A stretch of DNA of 64,000 nt from Candidatus Poribacteria bacterium (GTDB taxonomy: Bacteria > Poribacteria > WGA-4E > WGA-3G): positions 810,398 to 874,397 of the forward strand of contig CBDAUH010000003.1 of assembly GCA_965200395.1 (NCBI GenBank), in the 5' to 3' direction. The position numbers were made by a program, and so were the translations under genes. Positions within the stretch are counted from its first letter, which is position 1, and each line of letters opens with the position of its first letter. Below, in pieces: positions 18,725 through 28,478 of this stretch. The notes under the pieces were generated by a model. That model made no database searches. It saw only the letters and a program-made list of their open reading frames with translations, and was not told the origin of the DNA.

Positions 18725-19110
18725 GTTCGGTTTCCTGGCTTGTCGGAATCGCGGATTACGCGGATTACACGGATTTACACGGATTTTGTTTCGGTGTTTC
18801 GAGGGGTTTTTCATAGGATTATGTGGATTTTTTTGTGGCTTCTGGTGTCTGTTTGCGTGCTACGATGCACAACCTGGAAAGGTTATGCTACAAAGAGTGC
18901 ACAACCTAACAGGTTATGCTACAAAGAGTGCACACAAGGCACAACCTGGAAAGGTTATGCTACAAAGAGGTCACACAAGGCACAACCTAAAGCACCTTGA
19001 AGTGCCAACCACCTGATCTGCGTCAATCCGCGATTCAGGAAAAGAGCACGCAAGAAGACACAGACTCTTACAAATCCGCGTCAATCCGCGTAATCTGTGT
19101 AATCCGCGAT
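18725..19110. repeat. MITE-like block bounded by about 45-bp inverted arrays of CGCGGATT units. Encloses three tandem copies of the dispersed hairpin repeat (CACAACCTGGAAAGGTTATGCTACAAAG).
   Basis: 18727-18790 (forward GAATCGCGGATTACGCGGATTACACGGATT…) versus 19022-19108 (reverse complement AATCCGCG… units). Internal repeats at 18868-18990. Confidence 0.5.
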
Positions 19111-19236
19111 TCTGACAAACAAAAATTCGCGTCCAAAAACGACAATTGAATGCCTCTGGCTGCAAAATATATTTTATATTTTGGACACCGAATTTGTGCT
19201 ATAATAATCCAAACCTTACTACTTTGGAGCGCGCAG

Positions 19237-21441
19237 ATGGTCATTGCTGTAGATGCAGCTACCCTTGAAAAACGAAACAAAACTGAACAACAACTCTTTA
19301 CAGTGGTTGAACAGAACACACCTGCCTCAATCAAATCACCCCTTTTTCCACAAGACAACCCTGAGGCATTTACATTCATACTTGACAAGGAACTGATTGA
19401 ACAACTGAACTTGTGGGAGTGGTTCCGTAACTATGCTAAGGAGGCGCAAGTATCTACCGCAGGCATACGCGGGCCACAAAACATTCTGTATCCATGGGAC
19501 ACTCGATTTCCGATAAATCAGGTTGGCATAATTTTAGCTACACTTGGAAAAAGTCTCGTTGCAAAAGAGAAAGCAGGGGGACAATCGGTAGAGAAGCTTG
19601 CGGGTTGTGAAGTGCGCTATAACTCACAAAAATACGTAGAATTTATTGCACGGATACAAGCAGCCCAAGGCATACGCACATACATTCCAAAGGGCTTCGG
19701 TACACTTCCCATCTGGATGGCATCCTTCTTAATCTTCACACTTGACTTAGATGGCGGTGAGCATGTCACATCAAGCCATTCTGTCAGTACGAAAAACGCA
19801 ACAAAGGATTTAAACAATCAAGGAAGTCAATATCTGCCCGAAGAGTCCATGCAGTTCGTGAAAAAGATAGAGCAGATACTTAAAACTGCGGAAACGGATG
19901 GGTATTCTATTCACTTCAGTGCAGTTGCAGACGAACATGTCGATTTTGAAAGATTAGATGAGCTTCATGATGGTGTGCATCTATATGTGGGTTATCTCAG
20001 GAGCGGTGTTGCTACAGATGCCAATTTAAATCTGATTTGTCAGGCAAAACCGCCGATAGTTGTTGACTGTGTGGGTGGGTGCATGTATCGTCCGATGCGT
20101 GCGATCTTTGAGCGGTTAGGTATTGCTGATTCTGTCCGTTGGCTGCACACTGAACCGGATCCCCTCTATCACAACATCGGCAAACTGGACAAAAATCCGA
20201 AAACTGGTGAAGCGGAATTTTACGATCTTGGATGCGATTTTAGTGTACTGGATGTTGTCAAATCTGCTGACTATGTGACAAAACTCAGGAATCAATCTAT
20301 TGGGACGATCGTTGAGGCAACTGATCCTGATGGTGATCGACTCATCGTTTGTCAAATAGAAGAAGCGTCACGGGCAGGAAAACTACAACAACTCGGTATT
20401 GACTTCCTCATGCTTGACGAAGGTCGCTTACTGACGATTTACACTCCTAACCAAGCATTCCTGATGTTAATGGATTTCCACATGAAACAGCTTAAAGCTG
20501 CTGGGTTGTGGGATGATCATCCGCGGTTCATGATAAAAACGACTCCCTCTGCACTTGCTTGGGACCAGTGGGGGACAGCAAACGGTGTAAACGTCATCAA
20601 TGTACCGGTCGGTTTCAAGGAGATCGCTGCGATTATGAAGAAGATTGAAAAGCAAATCGCCGAGACACCGAACAAACCTGTTGTTATCCAGGATGTTTAT
20701 GGTGAAACTATTCTGCTCGGTGTGCAGCCTCGGCTTATCTTTGCAGGTGAGGAGAGTGGTGGCATGATTACTGGTCCTGAGGAGCTTATCCGAAGTCAAG
20801 GCGGTCGGACTGCTATTGCGATGCGGGAGAAATCTGCGGGTGAGTCTATGGTGTTAGTTACAGCACTTGCGGCACATTGTAGACAGGAAAAGATACCAAT
20901 GTCTGACTATCTCGGTGCTATCTTTACGGATAGCAAAATCAGTGCCACCTGTGATGTCAGAGAGGACATTACCTACTACAACGAGTCTGAGCCGAATCCG
21001 GAAAAACTACGCAGCGCAAAGCGGGAAGGCGAAGCAAAACGTGACAAAAACGATCTGTTTTTCCTTGGTATCGCTATTGCGCTGGGCGATGGAAAAATAG
21101 ATATGGAACAAGCGCGTGCTATTCTTTCAGATGCACTTCCCGATCTTGAATTTACGACGCTTGAAAGTATCAAATTTGTCGGCGATGGCACATACCTTAA
21201 GTTTGTGGATATGTTCGTTGAGGTTCGTAAATCTGGTACAGATGCAAAGACTAAGGCTTATGCCTCTGGTCCTGACAAAGACGAGTGCCGAAGATGTGCT
21301 AAAGTCTTCGGTGAAACAAGTGGGGACCTCACTGAACTTTACCGTGTGCACATCGGCGAGGACTATTTGCAGGATGTTGAAAAACGGGCGCGCGAGATTT
21401 ACAACGCATTTCAGGAGTGGTCGGTCGCGAATTATGGTTAA
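19237..21441 (+). CDS. alpha-D-phosphohexomutase family protein (phosphoglucomutase/phosphomannomutase-like), unusually long at about 735 aa
   Basis: Mg-binding loop DPDGDR, sugar-binding GEESGG, and a candidate phosphoserine loop TSSHS. RBS GGAG before the ATG at 19237. Confidence 0.55.
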   Translation: MVIAVDAATLEKRNKTEQQLFTVVEQNTPASIKSPLFPQDNPEAFTFILDKELIEQLNLWEWFRNYAKEAQVSTAGIRGPQNILYPWDTRFPINQVGIILATLGKSLVAKEKAGGQSVEKLAGCEVRYNSQKYVEFIARIQAAQGIRTYIPKGFGTLPIWMASFLIFTLDLDGGEHVTSSHSVSTKNATKDLNNQGSQYLPEESMQFVKKIEQILKTAETDGYSIHFSAVADEHVDFERLDELHDGVHLYVGYLRSGVATDANLNLICQAKPPIVVDCVGGCMYRPMRAIFERLGIADSVRWLHTEPDPLYHNIGKLDKNPKTGEAEFYDLGCDFSVLDVVKSADYVTKLRNQSIGTIVEATDPDGDRLIVCQIEEASRAGKLQQLGIDFLMLDEGRLLTIYTPNQAFLMLMDFHMKQLKAAGLWDDHPRFMIKTTPSALAWDQWGTANGVNVINVPVGFKEIAAIMKKIEKQIAETPNKPVVIQDVYGETILLGVQPRLIFAGEESGGMITGPEELIRSQGGRTAIAMREKSAGESMVLVTALAAHCRQEKIPMSDYLGAIFTDSKISATCDVREDITYYNESEPNPEKLRSAKREGEAKRDKNDLFFLGIAIALGDGKIDMEQARAILSDALPDLEFTTLESIKFVGDGTYLKFVDMFVEVRKSGTDAKTKAYASGPDKDECRRCAKVFGETSGDLTELYRVHIGEDYLQDVEKRAREIYNAFQEWSVANYG

Positions 21442-21563
21442 ATATGGAATAGATAAACACCGCACCTGCAGGAGTGATCTCCGAATTGCGATATAACTCG
21501 ATAATAGTCGGGCTTCGCTATGCTCTGCCCGACCTACGAGCTCCTCGTAAAATCCACCATAAC

Positions 21564-22967
21564 CTAAAACGTGCTATCACGGTTGGTAATGGGGCACCAT
21601 CGCGTTGTTTGGAGGTACCGTACCAAAACATCTTTCGCTGCTGGTGTACCAATGCGGTAGAGTGCATGCACGGCATTGCCACGGATATAACGGTTCTCAT
21701 CAAAAAGCAGATTTTCCAGACCTGCAACAGCATCTGCGGCATGCTCTCCGATGCGACACAGTGCAAACACAGCGTTACGTCTAATACCGCCATTTGGTTC
21801 TGCTAATGCCTTTATCAATCCGGGTACTGCTAACGCACTATCTTGACTCGTTGTGCCTAACGCTTCAATTGTGCGTGCGCGAACTGATGCCGATTCGTCT
21901 TCTAATGTTTCAACGAGTGCAGGCACAGCAGATTCCGCCTTCGTTCCGAGGTCTCCGAGTGCTTCTGCAGCGTCTGCGCGTACGCGTTCATGAGTTTCTT
22001 TCAAGGCATTCTGTAATGTATCAACAGCGGGTGCCCCCATGGAATTTAGTGCATAGCATGCATGACGACGAGTCATATCTGATTCTTCATAGAGACATCT
22101 CATCAGTGCAGACAAGGCTTTTTCGCCGAACTTCGACACCTTATATGCTGCCTGCAGTCCAACGGATTCAGGTTCACCATTCATCGCGCTGATTAAATCT
22201 GATAACGATTCACCGTTAGGTGAAGGAGACGTATCATCACCGTTTGAGCCAAGGTGCCAATTCCAGAGGTGTTCGAACATGTCCTGATGTTCCTTGGGTC
22301 CAAGTGCGGTGCCATTTGCCCAATTTGTGTCCTGATTAGCCCATGTAGGTTTCTGTGGTTCTGTCATGCGTGCGTACAGGAACTTCATCATATAACGTCT
22401 TTCTTCAGTCTGATTCGGCATTGCGCGGTGCCATAAGTCATAATTTGCAAATGCGACAGTTCCTGCTTTTCCGGTTATGGGTTGTTCTGGTGATATTTGC
22501 GAACCTTCATTTGTACTGAAGTAATGACTTATCGGAACGACACCGGTCGGCCCACGCTCAACAGGCGTGTCTTGTGGATAATAGAAGACAAGCAATCTAC
22601 GTGTATGATGTGACCAACGTTTACCGCCATCCTGATGCATTCCCTGTCCATTACTACCGGGTGGATTGTAATGTGGGTGCCGATGGGGTTGCATATAATA
22701 GTCTGGTCCTAACAAACTTGTCAGGGCTCCTTTTACGTTGGCATCGTCAAATACGGCCTGTATCTCTGGGATTCTGGGTAAAAGATTGTTGCCTGGATTG
22801 CCTTCTTTATCAAAGACTGCAGCTGTTTTTTGAAAAACGTCATCGTGGAACGTTGTGGGTAAAGCTGTATTCACAGTAACGAACCCGTTCACGATAAATT
22901 CACGCATTTGTGCGTCTGTTAATAGGTTTTCTGCCATTTCTATTTTCTCCTTTAAAAGTTTTGGCAC
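21564..22967 (-). CDS. PhyH-family Fe(II)/2OG dioxygenase domain fused to C-terminal HEAT (PBS-lyase type) repeats
   Basis: The N-terminal half resembles phytanoyl-CoA dioxygenase proteins. The C-terminal half has repeated ~30-aa units of the form (V/I)R…A..ALG.(L/I)G. Confidence 0.5.
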   Translation of the reverse strand: MPKLLKEKIEMAENLLTDAQMREFIVNGFVTVNTALPTTFHDDVFQKTAAVFDKEGNPGNNLLPRIPEIQAVFDDANVKGALTSLLGPDYYMQPHRHPHYNPPGSNGQGMHQDGGKRWSHHTRRLLVFYYPQDTPVERGPTGVVPISHYFSTNEGSQISPEQPITGKAGTVAFANYDLWHRAMPNQTEERRYMMKFLYARMTEPQKPTWANQDTNWANGTALGPKEHQDMFEHLWNWHLGSNGDDTSPSPNGESLSDLISAMNGEPESVGLQAAYKVSKFGEKALSALMRCLYEESDMTRRHACYALNSMGAPAVDTLQNALKETHERVRADAAEALGDLGTKAESAVPALVETLEDESASVRARTIEALGTTSQDSALAVPGLIKALAEPNGGIRRNAVFALCRIGEHAADAVAGLENLLFDENRYIRGNAVHALYRIGTPAAKDVLVRYLQTTRWCPITNRDSTF

Positions 22968-23065
22968 CTATGAGATTAATTATATCACGTTTCTTGAAAT
23001 TCACAACCTTATTTATTGTGTCCGAAGAACACATACAATTCATAAACAGAATTCTTTACCACTCC

Positions 23066-23650
23066 TTAGTTATCCAATATTTCAAATACGACACTGTCCT
23101 TCCTTTTTTCATAAAGAATTATCTTTGCCTCTATAGATTCTGATAGATACTGCTTTGAATCATAGGTGTTGGGCTTAATAGAATATGCCTCATCTCCTAC
23201 GAACCCATCTATACCTTGGGATTCTTCAGAAGGTTCCGCTAAGCGGTAATCGCAACCTTTTATTTCAGATAATTTTTTTAGAATTGCCTCCTGAAACCTA
23301 AGTCCTATGAATGTTTTTACAAGAATCAGGTCCTCTACCCATGTTTTAACCATAGTCCGATCTATTTTGGGAAGTGCTTCGTTGAGGTTTTCTATCATTG
23401 AGATAATTTTATCTGTAGCATCTTCAATCGCATTTGGATATTGTTCTTGATACCATTGAATCCACTCTTCAAAAGATTTTCCCGGAAATTCCTTCATCAG
23501 TTCAGTCATCTGTCCAACGTTTTTTGGGCGTGTAGCTTGTGAATTTTGATTTGCAAGATTTATTACTTGGGTCGTATACTTTGGAAATTCACTAGGAGAC
23601 TCCTTAACTATATATTCCTGAATTTCAGTATTTTTTAGTTTAATCTTCAT
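23066..23650 (-). CDS. Putative type II restriction endonuclease (small, 194 aa) paired with the adjacent methyltransferase
   Basis: Tightly linked (26 bp) downstream of a DNA methyltransferase on the same strand. No recognisable general-function domain. Assigned by context only. Confidence 0.35.
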   Translation of the reverse strand: MKIKLKNTEIQEYIVKESPSEFPKYTTQVINLANQNSQATRPKNVGQMTELMKEFPGKSFEEWIQWYQEQYPNAIEDATDKIISMIENLNEALPKIDRTMVKTWVEDLILVKTFIGLRFQEAILKKLSEIKGCDYRLAEPSEESQGIDGFVGDEAYSIKPNTYDSKQYLSESIEAKIILYEKRKDSVVFEILDN

Positions 23651-23676
23651 ACATTACTCTTTACATGTTGGTTTTT

Positions 23677-24759
23677 TTACCAAAAAGTCTGTGGGATGCT
23701 CAAAATTAAAGCCTGCGGTTCCTGTGAATACTCGATTTCAAAGATATTTTCTTCAAGGGACTGCACGTCCTTTAAACTATTGAATAAAATAAACTGCTCC
23801 TGACTTGTTACTACCGGACAGCCATAATGTTTGTTTTCATATTTCAAAGGTTTTGAGTCTTGAATACGGTTTTTGACAAATTCAAAATGTTTTAGCAATC
23901 TATTGTGTAAATAGTTGTTTGCAAATTCTACAATATTATGGGCGATAGGGCAAACAATTTGTTGAAAACTGTTGTCTATTTCAACGCCGATACTATTGCG
24001 TGCAGATGTCATAGCGGCAGTGCTCGTGGTTCCTGTACCCAGGAACGGATCAAGTATTACATCACCTTTTACGGAATACATGTTGATGAGTCTATAAGCC
24101 AACTCAAATGGAAATGCGCCACTTCTCAACCTTGGCATATTATTAGAAAGTTTCTGTTCTTTTCCTTTAATATCTGTCCAAACATCTGAGTACCAGATAT
24201 TTCTTTCTTCCCAGAACAATGCACTTTCGCGTCTATTTTCTTTTTCTTGCTCTGTTTTAAATTCTCTTTTTGCTCCTTTTCTGACTATCAGGATATATTC
24301 GTGTTCCAGTGTCACATAAGCACCAGCGGGTAACATACCTGACCCCATAAATTTATTAGGTGTATTCGCCTGTTTTCGCCAGAGGATATCAGGTAGTACT
24401 GAAAATCCGATTTCTAAGAGACAATTTAAGATTCTTGCATGGTTTGGGTATAAACAGAAATCATCTTTTACTTTCCTCGTTGCATCGCCAATATTAATAC
24501 ATGCAAATCTGCCATTCTTTAAAACTCTAAAAGCTTCGTGCCATACGGCATCGAGAATTTCGTGCATCAGCTCGAAAGCCAGCTTTCCATCACCGGACGC
24601 TAATGCATTTGGGATATCTGGATTTTGATTGCCGAACATATCATCCCATATATCGATCATGGGATAAGGGGGTGAGGTGACTATCAGATCAATGCTTTCT
24701 GATGGGATATTTTTCAAATTTCGAGAATCTTGGAAAAGGATATTGTGAATAGTTTTCAT
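23677..24759 (-). CDS. DNA methyltransferase, beta-class amino-MTase (motif IV SPPY, then motif I-like TTSTAAM…GVEID); N4-cytosine or N6-adenine specific
   Basis: Motif IVTSPPY near the N-terminus and an AdoMet-binding-like segment near the C-terminus (beta-class order IV→I). Confidence 0.7.
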   Translation of the reverse strand: MKTIHNILFQDSRNLKNIPSESIDLIVTSPPYPMIDIWDDMFGNQNPDIPNALASGDGKLAFELMHEILDAVWHEAFRVLKNGRFACINIGDATRKVKDDFCLYPNHARILNCLLEIGFSVLPDILWRKQANTPNKFMGSGMLPAGAYVTLEHEYILIVRKGAKREFKTEQEKENRRESALFWEERNIWYSDVWTDIKGKEQKLSNNMPRLRSGAFPFELAYRLINMYSVKGDVILDPFLGTGTTSTAAMTSARNSIGVEIDNSFQQIVCPIAHNIVEFANNYLHNRLLKHFEFVKNRIQDSKPLKYENKHYGCPVVTSQEQFILFNSLKDVQSLEENIFEIEYSQEPQALILSIPQTFW

Positions 24760-25053
24760 GACTGTGGGTTGCTTAAACTCTAAATAATGATGTGCTGTAG
24801 CTATGTTTCATGGTGTTTGTATAAATAATATCATAGGATGACTATAATCTTCAATCAAAAATATTGATAACGTGAGTTTTGTAGCACAACCTGGAAAGGT
24901 TATGCTACAAAACTGATAAGAAATATTACTTGCATGGAAGTAAATTGTGATATACTATTTAGCAAATCACTATGGATTGGATAAACGGCGGCACTCGGAG
25001 AATGAACTACTAACCACAGGCTTCCTTGGAAGTCTCACAACCGAGGAGATATA

Positions 25054-25426
25054 TATGTTCCAAGCTGAGATGGCGAGACGGAATGACGAATTCCGCAAGA
25101 AAGCCCTCAAAAAAGCACTTACAGGGATTCAGTATGAAGTACATGGCACGGTTCTCGCGACACAAGGCATAGATTGCTTGCCCATAGAAACACAGTTTTA
25201 TATTCTCAAGGCAATCTTCGATTTTGACAACTTCACCGAGGATAACGACCCTTGGAATGAACATGATTTTGGAAAGATTACAGGTAACCATCCCGATGTA
25301 TTTTGGAAAATAGACTACTATCCTGATGAAACCGGGGAGTTTGACTTAGATTCGGAATGGGGCACTGAGGACGACTTGTTGAATTCATATAGGGTCTTAA
25401 TGATAATGCTTGCTTCGGAATACTAA
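25054..25426 (+). CDS. Hypothetical protein. The ORF is open from 24947; start chosen at 25054 for its AGGAG RBS.
   Basis: ORF with a good RBS. No recognisable motif. Confidence 0.4.
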
Positions 25427-25441
25427 CAGGATGGGTGTAAT

Positions 25442-26641
25442 ATGACGAGATCTTTTGAAAAGTCGTTAGCTTGGCAGGAACGTGCGAAGGCTGCGTTAGT
25501 CGGTGGTGGACAGCCACATAAACAGAGCACTCCACCGGAACCTGTGATGATTGCAGGTGGCAAGGGCTCACATTTCTGGGATGCAGATGGAAACGACTAT
25601 ATCGACTATCTGATGGGATACGGTCCGATGATCCTCGGACACGCCTATCCGACTGTGATAGAGGCTGTTGCAAAGGCATTGGAACGTGGCAATGTCTATA
25701 ACTTCGGACACACGTTAGAAATTGAGCTTGCAGAGAAACTTGTTGAGCTTATTCCATCAGCAGATAAAGTTGCATACTTTGTCGGTGGTTCTGATGCGAC
25801 GACTGGTGCGCTCAAATTTGCTCGTGCATATACTGAAAAAGAGAAGGTGATCCGATGCGGATACCACGGGTGGCATGACTGGTGTCATAATACGCGTGGA
25901 CACTTACCAAGTAGTGCTGCGTCAACGTTGAGTGTCGGTTTTAACGACATTGATGCGCTTGCAGACCTATTTAAGGAACATCCTGGAGAAATTGCTTGTT
26001 TGATTATGGAACCGTCAGGGCACGACTTACCAGCAGATGGATATTTGGAAAACGTGAAATCCGTTGTGAATACTCACGATGCGCTGTTAATTTTCGATGA
26101 AGTTAAAACCGGATTCCGATACGCTTTAGGTGGCGCGCAGGAGTATTTCGGTGTGGTCCCTGATATGTCGGTTTTTGGGAAGGCGTTGGCGAATGGCTTC
26201 GCTACTGCAGTTGTTGTCGGCAAGAAAGAAATTATGGACGAAGTTGCTGGTGTATGGGTCGCCGCTACCTTTCACGGAGAGGTATCTCTTGTTGCTGCTG
26301 CTATTGCAACAATTGCGGAATTAGAGGCGAAAGATGGTGTTGCTTTTATGTGGAAACAGGGGCAAAAACTGTTAGATGGCTATAAAGAGATGACAGAACG
26401 ATTGGGTATTGACCAAGCACGTATCGGTGGCATTGGCCCTATGCCCTTTTTCGGTTTAAATGCCGATGGTGAGAAACAGAGTCAATTCCGCAGAACATTC
26501 TATGAAGCAACCTTAGACGGTGGATTGTATCTACCAGAGGGACATATTTGGTTTATGTCCATCTCACACACAGACGAAGACATCGCTAAGACGTTAAGTG
26601 TTTCGGAGGATGCCCTGAAACATGCGAAAGCGATGGCGTAA
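25442..26641 (+). CDS. Class III PLP-dependent aminotransferase (glutamate-1-semialdehyde aminomutase-like)
   Basis: GSA-aminomutase-like layout: GGKGSHFWDADGNDYIDYLMGYGPMILGH and FDEVKTGFR…VFGKALANGF (PLP Lys region). Confidence 0.75.
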   Translation: MTRSFEKSLAWQERAKAALVGGGQPHKQSTPPEPVMIAGGKGSHFWDADGNDYIDYLMGYGPMILGHAYPTVIEAVAKALERGNVYNFGHTLEIELAEKLVELIPSADKVAYFVGGSDATTGALKFARAYTEKEKVIRCGYHGWHDWCHNTRGHLPSSAASTLSVGFNDIDALADLFKEHPGEIACLIMEPSGHDLPADGYLENVKSVVNTHDALLIFDEVKTGFRYALGGAQEYFGVVPDMSVFGKALANGFATAVVVGKKEIMDEVAGVWVAATFHGEVSLVAAAIATIAELEAKDGVAFMWKQGQKLLDGYKEMTERLGIDQARIGGIGPMPFFGLNADGEKQSQFRRTFYEATLDGGLYLPEGHIWFMSISHTDEDIAKTLSVSEDALKHAKAMA

Positions 26642-26738
26642 AATAAAGTTTATGGGACTACACAAAAGACGAAGACACCATTAGTGTCTAAGTAATTACA
26701 AATTTTGCGGTAACAATTCAATAGGATAGGAAACAATT

Positions 26739-27611
26739 ATGGAACAAACACAAAATCATACAAAACCTTTTATTGTAGATAAGAATTTGGGAACAGCACT
26801 TGACATAGACAATGCTGAGCTACCACAGACGACATCGGATGGCACACCTGTTGTGCCACCTACGCAAGAACAGAAGTATTTGTTTGACATGCAGGGATGG
26901 TTATTAGTACCTGGTGTATTGGTAGGGGCTGAGCTTGAGGAGATGCAAGATTTCTGTCATCGACTACGCCATGATCCTGAGTCTATTCCAGACCATGAAC
27001 GTTCACCTCTTGGTGGCCCGATGGAAAAGTTAGCCGATCATCCGAATGTGGTTGGGTTTCTAAACGAGTTTCTTGCACATCCAGCGTTATCGAGTCCAGA
27101 ATGTTATGGCTTCCGTATGGAGTCGTGTAACTTGTTCTATCGGACGGTAGGAGATGGTAATTTTGGGCCGCATAACGGTAACGGTATGCTGCGTTTTCCT
27201 GGGGATTCGCACCTCTATCGGTGTATTCCGGGCAAGGCATATAGTGGTTTGACGCGTATTGTGTGGGAGCTCAATCCTGTCAAATATAGGCAGGGTGGTA
27301 CACTATTCATTACAGGCAGTCATAAGGCGGTCTATACAGCGCCTGACAGTATTCGAACGCCGGACTCTCCGATTTGGGATACTTATGAATGTCCCGCAGG
27401 GTCGTTGCTTTTTTTCACAGAGGCGTTGACGCATAGTACACATAAATGGACAAACGAGGATAACCATAGGTTGGCGATTTTCAGTTGCTATAACACTGTG
27501 AATAGTAAATGGCATGATTGGAATCCACATCCGAAGCTGCTGGAGGAGATGCCAGCTAAGCGTCAAACGCTTTTTAGACCTGTCCGTGCTGCGAATAACC
27601 TAATTCAGTAA
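26739..27611 (+). CDS. Hypothetical protein, possibly a PhyH-like 2OG oxygenase fold
   Basis: Weak His/Asp pattern (HNGNG…H). Low confidence. Confidence 0.3.
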   Translation: MEQTQNHTKPFIVDKNLGTALDIDNAELPQTTSDGTPVVPPTQEQKYLFDMQGWLLVPGVLVGAELEEMQDFCHRLRHDPESIPDHERSPLGGPMEKLADHPNVVGFLNEFLAHPALSSPECYGFRMESCNLFYRTVGDGNFGPHNGNGMLRFPGDSHLYRCIPGKAYSGLTRIVWELNPVKYRQGGTLFITGSHKAVYTAPDSIRTPDSPIWDTYECPAGSLLFFTEALTHSTHKWTNEDNHRLAIFSCYNTVNSKWHDWNPHPKLLEEMPAKRQTLFRPVRAANNLIQ

Positions 27612-27619
27612 AGGATTGC

Positions 27620-28036
27620 ATGTTTATGTATATCAGATGTAACACAGTCAGTGTGTTAGTCGTTTTCATTAACTTATGCTTTTGCTTCGGTTGTGAAAGG
27701 ATTCCGACAGAAATTATCAGTACGACACCTGTTGATAGAGTCGCAGTTGCCACCATCTCTGCAATAGATGGGAGTGATTTGACAGGCACGGCTACGTTCA
27801 CAGAAGTAGACAGCGGTGTCTATGTTAGGATAGAGGTTCAGAATGTCTCTCCTGGTTTACATGCAACACATCTCCATATCGGCAGCTGCGACGATATAGG
27901 GCCGCACTGGCATCCTAGTGGTATTCCAGTAGGTACTAGCACTGTACCTGTTGCTGAAGCCACACCTGAAAGGCCCCCTATCGGCATTGGTGAAATTGGT
28001 AATATTCCGGTGGATGAGGACGGAGTGGGTATATTA
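27620..28036 (+). pseudogene. Cu/Zn-superoxide-dismutase-like domain protein, N-terminal part (interrupted by IS630 at a TA)
   Basis: SodC signature GLHATHLHIGSCDDIGPHWHP and GEIGNIPVDEDGVG. The frame resumes at 29181 (…LILIHETGDTFQTNP…, matching the SOD …VVHAGGDD…TDP region). Confidence 0.55.
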
Positions 28037-28109
28037 TACCAAATCTATTTGACTATTCTTCATAACTGTGTTATTATGGTCCCCATTCTTTTAAAGGAGT
28101 GAAACATCC

Positions 28110-28478
28110 ATGAATAAAAAAGTGCCAGAGATTACAGAAAGTGTAGAGGTCTTGAAAGACCTCTTACGAAAAGCGAAAAAGAAGCATGAAATCCTGCGCC
28201 TGAATATGCTCTATCTCTTGAAAAGTGGCGAGGCGAAAAATCGTGTCCAAGTCGCCCGCCTCCTCGGCGTTGATCGCACAAGTGTCGGCACCTGGCTGCA
28301 GGCTTATGAAACCGGCGGACTTGAGAAAATGCTGCAACGCGGATACGCCCCCGGACGCGAACCCATCCTCACTGAAGAACAGCAAACCCTCTTACTTGAA
28401 GAACTGCGGAAACCTGAAGGTTTTACGAGTTATGTGGAAATCCAAAAGTATATCGCTGACACGTTTGGCATCAAATGA
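28110..28478 (+). CDS. IS630 transposase OrfA (HTH)
   Basis: N-terminal HTH typical of IS630/Tc1 transposases. Overlaps orfB by ATGA (-1 frame). Confidence 0.7.
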   Translation: MNKKVPEITESVEVLKDLLRKAKKKHEILRLNMLYLLKSGEAKNRVQVARLLGVDRTSVGTWLQAYETGGLEKMLQRGYAPGREPILTEEQQTLLLEELRKPEGFTSYVEIQKYIADTFGIK

